Source of the DNA: Lama glama
Lineage: Eukaryota
Length of the DNA stretch: 64,000 bases
Direction: 5' to 3'
NCBI GenBank assembly: GCA_028534125.1
Contig: CM052817.1
Coordinates: 73,968,001 to 74,032,000, forward strand
Every line of letters starts with the position of its first letter. Positions within the stretch are counted from its first letter, which is position 1. The notes below the pieces were generated by a model. It made no database searches. It was given only the letters and a program-made list of their open reading frames with translations, and was not told the origin of the DNA. Both the position numbers and the translations under genes were made by a program. Below, one piece after another: positions 13,641-25,200 of the stretch.

Positions 13641-13866
13641 TGTTGGCTTACTTTTGAGAATTGTTTTGTTTGATAGAAAAGTAGAAATGGTGTAAATACC
13701 CTGTGCTGCTGTCTCAGGCCTAGGTGGTTTATGACTGCTTAGTGTTCAGATCATGGACACAGGGTCTAGTGTGTAGATGTTCATCATCACTTTTTGATAT
13801 ATTTGTACTTTCATCTGACAAAGGAAACCATGGAAACCGTGAAACGTTCATAGAAGTCAGTAGAAT

Positions 13867-13872
13867 TTTATT
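13867..13872 (-). terminator. Candidate distal polyadenylation signal AATAAA
   Basis: tttatt on plus strand with upstream UGUA elements on the minus strand, shortly before the L2/L1 block. Confidence 0.4.
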
Positions 13873-14224
13873 TAATGAAATCACTCAAAGGTTGTGCTTT
13901 CTATGTTTACCGTTACATTATATGTAGTTTTTGTTTATACAGAGATTCAAAATTTCAGTTACTTAAGACTAAGATTCCTTGAGAACTGTCCTGGAATATG
14001 CTGATTTACTCCATTTCGTTTTTCCTAGTTTGGGCTACATGACTACCTCACTCAATTTACCATTTTGCTGTTGCGACTTTTGAAAATGAGTATATTCTCA
14101 GTCAACTCATATTAAAAGGGCAGCTCCTAGCAAAACAAGGGTCTTCTACTCCCCTGAGTAAGGAATAACCAAAACAATGGAAGTATTAATATCAGTGCTT
14201 GGAACAGTTATAGCTGCTACCACT

Positions 14225-14410
14225 TAGGATTACGTACCAAGTAGCTTCTAGGCACGCTGTACCCATTATCTCGAATCCTCACCATATTGTATTCATTGGT
14301 ATGTTTCGTCTCATTTTATAAATACAAAAACTAAGGTTCAGAGAGAAGCTTGCTCAGAGTGTCAAAGACAACAGTGACAGAGCCAAACATCAACTCCAGA
14401 CTCTCTGATT
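14225..14410 (-). mobile_element. MIR SINE fragment
   Basis: ctcattttataaatacaaaaactaaggttcagagagaagcttgctcagagt resembles the MIR core. Confidence 0.7.
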
Positions 14411-15139
14411 ACACCTTGAGTTTCCCTTTATGGTTTGGCCACAGTTCAACAATTATTAACAGCTTCTTCCTTCCTGGCCCTTATATGGGTTTATGGGTAC
14501 TAATACACAGTTCTTGCCTACAGCAGCGTTACTCCAGTAGAGGAGACACAAATAGAGATATATTTCCAAAACAGCGTGGTTGGCAGGAGAGGCTACCACA
14601 AACCACTACATGAGTGTTGACAGCCTGGAGCATGTCTAGGAAGGTTTGCTGGAGGGGATGCTGTTCTAAATTGAATTTCAAGGAATGAGTAAGAAATAGG
14701 GGAAGACTATACTAGGTTAGAAACAAACTTTTAATAAATTAAGAGAAGTTGAGCATTTTGGTTCACTCAAGTTCAAGTCGAGGAGGCGCTTGCCTGTACT
14801 TTGGAGGTGACAACACAGATGTATTATATGGTCAGATTTGGATGAAAAATGGAACCATGAGAAGGACAGAGGGAAGGGTACATTGGAAACTTTCAGGACT
14901 CTTGTTTTAACTACTTTGTTCTCAGAAAAATCTGAGGAGAGACCTTTATTTTGTGCTTACTGTAAATTTAACTTATCACCAAGTACAGCCTTAGAAGACA
15001 GCTCAGTTCAATAACTTCATCTTTACAAAGGCAAATGATGTACTAATGAGACCATAGTAGGACATGTCCCTGGCACCAGCCAGTGCCACATGTGCGTAAA
15101 GACAGTAAGTACTTCTAAAGAAATAAAGATGGACGCGTC

Positions 15140-17135
15140 GTCAGCAGAAATCACAAATTTATTAACTCTTAAATAGTCATTTACCATTATGGCAAGAAAT
15201 ATATACAGTGTCCCATGGTAAACTGCAGTGTTTCAAAATGATAGCAGATAATAAATGTGTAATTCAATTGTGGTGGAGAGAACAAATCACAATTTCCTCA
15301 CATCTTAGTGTGGAAGACAAACTTGATCTACGGTAATACTTCAACACCACATGCTAAAAGTGTAAAAAAAAAAAACACTGTATACCTATTTTTTTTTTAA
15401 ATACATGTATGCCACGTATAGCTGCTTCACAAAAAAGATAAGAGAAATTAAAAAGGGAAAAATGAGGCCATTACTTTTTCACAGATCTCATTGGCAGGTT
15501 AACATGGCTCAATACATTTACTGTATATATTTACTTTAAATATATATTGTTTTAAATCGTGTAATAATTATCAGAAAAGTTTCAATCCATCTACCATACA
15601 TCCACTAGCAACAATATCTAAGGTGATTAGTAATCAACACAGAAGGTGAAATGAGAGCGAAGAGGGAGGGTTGTTTTTCTTTTTTGCTTCAGCTTTAAAA
15701 ATAGGCTTCTGAGGATTCTGAGTTACTATTGTTAAAACAACGTTGATGAAGATACCATGCACTCTAAAGTGGAGGGAGGAGAAAAAGCCCCGCAGGAATT
15801 GAATAAACAGAGAAATGAGAAGCACGAAGAAAACAGGGACGTTTCCCTTTTCTTTTTTTAAAACTGGAAAACCCGAACTCCCTGGAGGACAACAGCATCA
15901 CTGACATGAGAGACGCTATGAAAGCACGAGTCACGAAGACCGAGGTCAAAATGCTTAGGAGAATTGAAGACCTTCGCAGGCCTCCCAAACTTCAGAACAC
16001 CAGCCAGTGATGATGCAGGAGGGCCCGCCCCAAGAGGCAGAGAAGTAAGTGCATCTGCACAAAATCCTGATCCATGACCCAGCTGGTGTCTCCTGCCAGC
16101 TGCCCCAGACGGTGAGCACATGCAGGCACAGCAGGCCCCTACTCGCTTTTTCTTCTCAAAAGTTTACCTCCAACACAGGATCCCTACGTCCAAACTAGCA
16201 CAAAATTAAAAACCTTTAAAAATCTTCTTGACATTTTTCAGGGGCCCTGAAGATGATCAAAAATGTTAGTATAGCTACCCTCCAGGAGGCCTCAGTTTTT
16301 ATTTTACCTTCATTATGCAAATTTCACTTTTCTCACACACTACTTGACAAAAAGGAAAAAGTAAAGAATGGAAAAAATATAAAAGGAAGCAAATGAAGAA
16401 AAAAGAGCACAGGTTTGAGAAAGGAACAAAAAATTCAATTCAGCAAATGTCACCCAAACAGGGCGAGAATACCGTAAAGTGATCAAACTCGTCTGTGACG
16501 TGAGTTTTTCCAGTTTGACCCAAATGACATGACTCTAGGTGGGAGCAAACCCACTGATTCTCGCTTTCACATTCGTAAGTGATTCTTACCCACAAACCGA
16601 CCCACTTTAATTGTTAAATAGCAACTAAGCTTTCAATCAGAAACCATCCATTTCAACCAGAATCACACCAGGAAACTTAAGGTAATCTTTTTTTTTTTTG
16701 CCTTTTTTTGTTAAACAAACAAGCTAAAACAGACTAACAGCAAAGAGGTTTTAAAAATTTACATTTCTCTTATAAACTTGTCATTCAGAGAACAGTAATT
16801 ATGAAGTCTGTTAAATCTTGGCATAGACAGAGAAGTAGGTTTATGACTAGGTCGATGACTAGGTTGTACTCGGAATATCATGGAATTTTCTTTGACCTCC
16901 CCCTATTGTTTGCCAACAGCTATTGAAGTTTGCATGGAACATCCCCATAGTTGACGTGTAAACAATGTATAGGAAGGAATATATGACAAGGTGATGCCTC
17001 ACGTATGCAGTACACGTAGGACCTTCACAACTTCATGCACTCAGAAACATGCATGAAGAGGAGGAGAGGACGGCCCAGGGTTACCATCCGGGTGCCTTGA
17101 GAACAGAATGTGGAAGTGGCACTGTTGATACTTAG
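15140..17135 (-). other. CAMK2D: CAMK2D terminal exon / 3'UTR; supplies C+TAA (17132-17135) giving a ...PIN* C-terminus when exon 21 is skipped
   Basis: Acceptor ttcttcttgcag|CTAAG; repeat-free, U-rich sequence down to an AATAAA at 15158-15163; 3' end is approximate. Confidence 0.88.
15158..15163 (-). terminator. Polyadenylation signal AATAAA (candidate major site)
   Basis: tttatt on plus strand at the end of the repeat-free UTR block; upstream UGUAUAUA at 15200-15207. Confidence 0.7.
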
Positions 17136-18334
17136 CTGCAAGAAGAAACGGGAGAGGGAGAAAGAAATTAAACACTTTTACAGAATATCAGGAAGTGCTT
17201 TGCCAAGCATTGAGGCTAGGCTGCGATTTTACAGCCAGCTAAGTACTGGATTGAAAACACTGTGTATAAGACATCTTGGCTTGCAGTCACTGAAAGCTCA
17301 AATGCACAATGTTAAACAGTTAATACTGAGTTCCAATTTTAATATTATCCATCAGTTTGTCCACACAGAGCTAAGCTAAAAATACACTCAGGCTTCAATC
17401 ACATGATTAGATCCAAATACAGTTTGAGCATTCCTACTTACCAGACAGATTAATAAATGAATAGTATTATTTAGTTGAAAAAGACTAAAAGTTTAAGGAC
17501 ATCCTTTAGCTTTTGTCATTATTCTTAGACTTCACGAGAAATCAAACCTAGAAGTCAATTTTACAGCCTTAAAAAGTAGAGAAAACACGATTATTATTTA
17601 ATTGGAAGTCTTATTTCTTTAAACCAACAGCTGGGAGCACTAGTTCTTCAAAGCTCTGACAAGGTTCAGTGCTTTGAGTGGAAGAAAGATTCACAACAGT
17701 ACCACACATCTCTGAATCCAAGTTAGGAAACAAATCTTAAAAAACACAACAAATACAGGCATGAATTTATTTAGTCAACTTTCAATTATCCTCTGGAATT
17801 ACCCACTTTGTGAGTTTTAAATTTCAACTTGACTTCCTCCTCCTGGTCAAATACCAATATACTAAGCAGAGCAGATCAATTTATATATTAACCTCAGCCC
17901 AGTGCGACACAGGAACTGCAACTTCTTGAAAGAACGGTGAGACATTAAAGGATCCCAGAGCCTGATATAAATTTGGTCTGGATAATTGAGAGTTGTCTGA
18001 ATGGACTCAGATAAAATTGACTTCTGATGTGAGAACTCCAGGATATTCCAAAATACCACAATACATATGCTGAAGATAGGGTCTTCTCAGCACTTGTTAC
18101 CTTGAAAATAAGGGTTATTCTACCAAATGGTGCGAAACGTTAGACTCGAGCTCATGCAAAAATGCTACGAATTCTCCAAGACCTTTTATGATTTTCATTG
18201 AATATAATGCAAGAGAAAATATCCTCAAAGGGAAGAAAAACAGCCATGCAGCTTTTCAGTCATTAGCTCCAATCACCAGGTATCACGGAGCAGGATGTTA
18301 CTTACAAGACCCATATGTGAATGGTTTTCAGGCC

Positions 18335-18401
18335 TTAGATGTTTTGCCACAAAGAGGTGCTTCCTGAGAAGTTGTCTTTCCCATTTGGAATACAGGATGG
18401 C
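18335..18401 (-). CDS. CAMK2D: CAMK2D alternative exon 21, coding part ((K)PSCIPNGKDNFSGSTSLWQNI*); whole exon 18306-18401
   Basis: cttaatag|GCCATCCTGT...AACATC TAA, then 29 nt of UTR and a gtaagt donor at 18305. Confidence 0.96.
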
Positions 18402-19516
18402 CTATTAAGAGAAGCCCCATTTAAGCCCCCTGGCATAAAATGAAGTTGTCTTAAATAGGCTCTATCCCATAAACACTTCAGGGAGTTGTAGAGAAACCTT
18501 ACCTTCTAATACAGTATGAATGCAATCCCTTCTATAGTAACTGGCAATTTGTGCTGTACCTCTTTGGGGTAAAAAAAAAAACCACAGAAATGCACAAAAA
18601 TGGTGTTTCTATTCTCGTTACCTACCTTTTATCTTTCTCTTAATTACATAGTTATTTGTTTTGGAGTGAATTTCAACCTATCTTTTGTTTTTTTCCTTGT
18701 GACCCACTTTTAAACAAATCCAACAGTGATAGTAATTATCAAGGCTATAGAGAAGGCCATTGAAAACCACTGCGGTGGGACATCAGGAAACTAAGAAATT
18801 TTGGTGGATTCTCTGGAGTTGAATGGCTGTTTGTGTGACCTTGACTCCCCATCCCATGCCCCCCAGATATTAACAGGTGGATCCGGTTAGAGAATCTGGA
18901 GTGAGAGCGGCAGTGGGCTGAACCCCTACCAAGCGTGAACATCCTGTCTTCTTTTCTGATGAATGTTATTCCTGTGGTTCCCCTTTACTCCAGCCGGAGT
19001 CAGCCTTCCCTACCCATAATCCTCTAGCATACGAAGCGAATGACTGACATCGTGCTTTTTCTCATGGTGCTCCTTGAACTTGGAATGCCTTCCATTTGTT
19101 CTTTCTATCCTTCAATTTCTCCAAGGTCCATCCTCACTTAAGACCTTATCCAAAATTCTATCTTCTACACAGTATCCTTCCAAACTGTTGTAAGTTTGTT
19201 ATATTGGTCATTCATTTCCTTCTACTCTGGAGCTGATTATGAACTTTATTATAGTTTTTCCTTTGCTCTTGGTGATAAATTGTTTTCTAAACTTGAATAT
19301 AAGTTCCTTGAGGGCAACGTCTTTTACTTTGCATTTTATCTGGCGCAGGTTAAACAGCTAGGTGATGTGAAATAAATGTCTAGCAAACACCACATCTGAG
19401 TTAGTGTGCTGTAGTGAGAAAGATGCGTTTCAAATGCTGAACTTCATAAATTTATCCTAATATCTGTAATTGAGCACCAGTAGAAAAATCTGTGAAATGA
19501 AACTACTGATATAATA

Positions 19517-19829
19517 CAGTTGCCCCACAGTATCTGGGTGGGGATTGGTTTCAGGTTCCCCGTGGATGCCAAAATCTGCAGGTGCTCAAGTCTCATATAA
19601 AATGGTGTAGTATTCATATAAACTACGCCCATCCTCCTGTATACTTTAAATCATCTCTGGATTACTTATTAATACCAATACAATGTAAATGCTATGGAAA
19701 TAGTTGCCTGCATGGCAAATTTAAGTTTTGCTTTTTGGAACCTACTGGAATTTCTCCCCCCTGAATATTTTCACTCTGAGGCTGGTTCAATCTGTGTGTG
19801 AGGAACCCATGCGTAAGCAGGGTCAACTA
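19517..19829. mobile_element. TcMar-Tigger MITE, MER2/MER2B-like
   Basis: TA|cagttgcccc...gggtcaacta|TA termini; internal cctcctgtatactttaaatcatctctggattactta is a MER2 hallmark. Confidence 0.88.
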
Positions 19830-20194
19830 TATTGGCTAGTTTAGAAACTCCTATTTTTCCCTTCCACATCCCCTTCCTCTGCCAATTGTGACAATGAAGT
19901 CATAAAGAGTTTACCTTATTACATGAATTCTCCCTGACTTAACCATGATAGGAACTAGAGGACACCCTATCTAAAACTGTTGAGTACTGCTCTAAGGGAA
20001 GCATCAACCCACAAACAGCTGGTCTTACTTATCTTCCCAGAGAAGTATAGATTGTTTCTCATGAGACTAATTCCCACCAGTATAACTGACCACTAGCATT
20101 AAGTAACATAGGCCATGCTATTACGCTATTATGGAATAAGTAAAAACGCTGACCATGGGTGTATTAAAGAAGCTGACAGCCTGGAAATATTTAC

Positions 20195-20423
20195 TTGATG
20201 GGTACGGTTGGTGATCCCGAACGATGAAAATGAACATTCTGCCACTTTCCATCCCGGCGGTGCCACACACGTGTCTCTTCTGACTGCATTGTTTTTGGCA
20301 TTCCGCTGCCATCCATGTACTGGGTGAGCCTAATGTATGCTATACAGGCAGCATCATCGCCTACCAGATGTACATGGGGGTTCAGGATAATGGTGTGGAT
20401 TGGTTTATTACTTTTGGACAAAG
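20195..20423 (-). CDS. CAMK2D: CAMK2D exon 20 (229 nt, (A)[75 protein letters not shown])
   Basis: ctctttcag|CTTTGTCC...CCCATCAA|gtaaat; corresponds to ORF track entry 20191..20520. Confidence 0.99.
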
Positions 20424-22218
20424 CTGAAAGAGAACAACATGGAAAACAGAATTTAGTTTCTATGTAAAATAAACCAAAACCAGTAACAACTTTAGCTGGG
20501 ACCAATAAATGGAATGCCATTCATTAATTCAGTTATCCACACAAAGTGAGTGCCTGGTACTATTCAAAGTATAAAGAAAAAGATCAAAAGTAGTCATTTT
20601 CTTTGATTCCTTTTGTAGACAATTCATATGCCACTCTGAAAACTTTTGGAGTGGGGCAGCTGGAGAGGCGTTCTCACTTATAATGAGAAGTGGTTAGAAA
20701 GAAAAGCCTAATATGAATAGAGATGAAGAAAGCCTGGCCCAGGTGCACGGAGGAGTTCCTGTCTTCCCAGTGAAGGATCGGTGGGACAGGATATCCTGTG
20801 GTCTTGTTTGTTTGTTAGTTGGTGAAGATATGGGACAAGGGAAATATATCAAGTATGCAAGTATGGAGACTGCTCTTTCCAAAATAGGCTGGCCAGAGCA
20901 TGAATTTGTTTCCCCATCTCATCCAGTGGCTCCTCTAGTTGGTAGAGTCCATTCTGTGTTAGTCCGGTTGTGGTCATCCAGTAAAAATCCAAAATTTCAT
21001 GCTGGCCAATATAACCCTGATTCTGATCCTTTAGCTCTTTGCACTGACTGAACAGCCCTCAGTAAGCTCAAGCCTGTGTTGTTTTGACAATAGCTATTTG
21101 TTTCAGTTATTCAGTGACTGACTTGAGAGAGAGAAAGATTTAGTGCAGACAATTAATGATCTCTCAGATCACTAAAACAGGTTGAACCGATTTGCCTGTT
21201 ATCCAAACACACTCTATGAAAAGATCTGAATAAATTACTAGTGCTACAGTCAGATGATAAAGAATATCCCATTATGAAGAAGTATTTATGGAAAGTAGTG
21301 ACATATAGTGTCATATTGAAATAAGTTAAAATATTAATGAGTTAATTCTTTATTCGTTTACTAGAGATGGGTGTCACTTGAGAGTCAGTTAAAGAAAACA
21401 TTATGAGATGCTGTCAATCACAGTGCTGGATGGAACACAGGGAATATAAGAACGTTTACTGAAGCTCTATTAAGGGCAGTTTCTTACATAATTATCTTTG
21501 TTTGCAGACGCGTAGTGTATATAAGAAAAAGTAATTTGTTAAACATATCTTGATGTAAAAATCCATGCCAAGGCAGACTCTTGGCAAAGCTTGATTATCC
21601 TAAGCATTACTGCAATTTCTAATTCTTCCAAAACACTGCAAATGGTGAATTCACTCCCTGCATCATGCAAACACAACACAATACCCAGTCTCTTTAGGTG
21701 TTAAGGAAAAGGATTAAAAATTTCTGGTGTACACTTTTTTTGATGACCTGAAGCATTTCTGCAGGAGTGTCTTTTGTCACTTTCTCCCAAATGTGGCTGT
21801 TTCCCCTGAGACCATTAAAATTCTTGTAATCTGAACTCATTTACTGGACTACTCCTATTCATTTACATTTTACCTTGAAAATGAGCACGAATTATGCCTG
21901 ATAGCACTCCTCTATGTCAAATATTCTGGCATGCTGCGGTTTCTTTTATTTTTTCATATGTAAGGTTTTATGAAAACCTGAAATAATTCCACACTTTCTG
22001 CTAACTTATGTCGCAGCCTATATTATACATTTACTGGGACTTGTATGGAGTGCACTTACTCAACATCACTTTTAAAATAAAAAAATCAGGTATGTTTCAA
22101 AACATACCAAAACTTTTAAGCCTGTCATTTTTTTCCCCCAACTTTAAACATAAAACATTTTTATGATGTAAGATGCTAGACTAAGGTAAAAATTCTCATT
22201 GCAGAAAAGAACCAAAGA

Positions 22219-25200
22219 TGGGGTTGAGCCAAGATGGCCGAGTAGAGAGACTCACAGCTCGCCCTCTCCCACAAATACACCAAGAATTACATCTACAAAC
22301 CCACTGAATTGCACAGAACACCGGCTGAACTCTGGCAGAGTGTCTCTAGTTTTGAGATTTAAGAGGATTCTCAGAAAATCTGGTAAGAAAAAAAAAACTG
22401 GTGCAGGGAGGGAGTGGCATAGGAACAAAGGCACCCCCCACACTGGGACACCCCTCTCTCCAGCCGGGAGGTCAGCAGACACAGAAGCAGAGCTTCCGAG
22501 GCTCCAATGACAAAGTGGCAACCACTTGGCAGACCGAACTAAGGGAAACTGTGATCCCCAGCGGTAGATGTGAGCCATCAGGGACAAGCAGGGACTGGCT
22601 GCTGGAGATTGGTGAGGAGCCCAGGCACAGGGCTGGGGCCTGCTGCACAGAGGCAGCCTCAAGGGACTGGAGGGCAGTGTGAGCTCTGGCTGGGACCCCC
22701 ATAAAACAGCACTGTGCAGCCACGCTAGTCTCTTTCTCTGCTTGACTCCATTGTTGGTGTGTTCTCCTGAGAAGAGAGGAGGGGTTTGGTTATAGCCATC
22801 ACCGCTTCATGGAGGCAGGGCTGAAAGCTGAATCTATACCCAGTGGCCCTGCAACTTCACAAGCAGGAGACAAACAGGCAGTGAACAGAGTTCTGACTCA
22901 TGGTGGGGGCGAGTACGGGTATTTACAACAGGCCTGCATACGTAGGCAGGGCTGAGGTCTGCCCTGACCCTGTGGTGCACCACAGATTCAGGTGTGTGGT
23001 GGCACACTTACTACGGTGAGTCTGAGTGCCTGACACTGGCAGATCTGCAGTGGTGGTTCCGGGGGCCGAGAACCTGGGGGTCACCAGAGCAGGTGGCTGA
23101 TATTCCTGCAGCTAAGGCAGGGACAAAGGCAGCATCAACAAAGAGTACCTTGTAAGCCGGCATAACAAGTGAGACACCACCAGAGGGCACTTCCTAGTGG
23201 ACATCTCCTGCCTACACTTCTTCCCAGCTGAAGTGCTCCAACCCTGCCTACTACACACCACAGCCCATAAATGGGTCTGGAAGCCTCTATTCCAGCAACA
23301 GGGGGCAGACCAGGCCCCTGTCAAGGCTGTGACAACCACAGAACAAAAAAGAAGGCCTGGCTCAACAATCAGGGCATGCTCTGATCCCCACACCACCAAT
23401 CACACTTCACAGTCAAAGGAATAACAGCCAAAATACACGGAAAGTATGGACGGTTGCCATGTCTTCCAAGAACAGCCATTGCAATGAAACTATTAGACAA
23501 ACAAAAAATAAAACAGCCTTTCAAGATCACAGTTGATAACTGATACTCCTAAATCCATACAGCCAGAGAAATATAAGTAAAATGAAGCAGAGGAACTACT
23601 CCCAATTAAAAGAACGATCAATGAAATAGACCTTGATAGTCTACTAGATGATGACTTCAAAAATGGAGTGATCAGTGCACTGAAGGAACTAAGAGACTAT
23701 CAGTAGAGACAGAATACTTTAAAAAGGACATTGAAATTGTAAAGAGGAGCCAATTTAAAACAGAAAACTCAGTTGCTGAGATAAGAGCTGAGCTAAAGAC
23801 AGTCTCAAAAGCAGACTAGACAATGCAGAGAAATGAATAAGAGACTTAGAAGACAGGATACAGAAGTCACCCAATCAGAACAGCAAATAAAACAGCAAAA
23901 ACCAATGAAAGCGATATAAGGAACCTATGGGATAATATAAAGCATTCCAACTTACGCATAATACAGGTCCCAGAAGGAGAAGAAAAGAGAATTGTAAAGG
24001 TATTTGAAACAATTGTGACTGAAAACTTCCCAAACCTAAAGGAAACATATCCAAGTACAGGAGACACAGAGGGCCCCAAATAAGAAGAAACCAAACAGAC
24101 CTCTACACCAAGACATAATTAAGATGGCCAAAGTTAAAGAAAGGCTTCTAAAGGCAGCAAGAGAAAAATGAGTTAGTTATAAGAGAACCCCCATAAGGTT
24201 TTCAGCTGATTAGTCTACACAAACTGCTGGTCAGATGGGAGTGGCAAGATATATTCAAAGTCCTGAATGAGAAAAAGCTGCAACCTAGGTTACTCTATCC
24301 AGCAAGACTATCCTTTATCTCTCCTACTCTAAAGAATTTCACGGACAAGCAAAAACAAAAAAAAATCAGCAGTACTAAACCTATACTAAAAGAAATATTG
24401 AAAGGTCTACTCTAAATAGAAAAGAAACAGGAAGCTATAGAAATGAGAAAACCATAATTGGAAATGTGATAACTACAGTGAATTGCAAGAGAATAAACAT
24501 GAAGATGTAAAAAGTAAATAAATAAAAATAAAGAATATCAAAATCATAAAAGGTGGGAGAGGGGAGCAAGAAAACAGTTTTTTTTCTCTCTCTCTTTTTC
24601 TTCGTTCTTTTTAGGATGTGTTTGAACCAACATGACTATCAGGCTAAAGCAAAGAGATACATATAGAAAGGGGTTAATATACCTGAAAAACAGGAAAACC
24701 ACAAATCAAAAGCACACAATAGTCACAAAAGCCAAAAAGAAACCTAGCTAATACAAAAGAAAAATGATCAAACCACAAAAAGAAAAACAAAAAGGAAAAG
24801 AAAGGAACAAAGAAGAAATACCAAACCAACCGGAAACAAAGTTCAAAATGGTAATAAACACACATCTACCAGTAATTACTATAAATGTCAATGGACTAAG
24901 TGCTCCAGTCAAAAGACAGAGTGGCAGATTGGATAATAAAACAGAATGCTGCAATATGCTGCCTACAAGAGACCCACTTCAGAGAAAAGGACACACATTA
25001 GATTGAAAGATATTTCATACAAGTGGAAATGACAAGAAAGCAGAAGTAGCAATACTCATGAGACAAAATAGACTTTAAAACAAAGGCCATAAAGAGAGAT
25101 AAAGGATACTATATAATGACCAAAGGAGCAATACAAGATGAAGTCATTACACTCATTAATAAACATGCACCCATTACAGGAGCACCTAAATATGTAAAAC

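Noticed and set aside
20424..20520. N-terminal part of ORF 20191..20520 ([10 protein letters not shown]...) as coding sequence
   Set aside because: It is intronic sequence upstream of the exon-20 acceptor that happens to be open; the same applies to the extensions of ORFs 59184..59369 and 61375..61587
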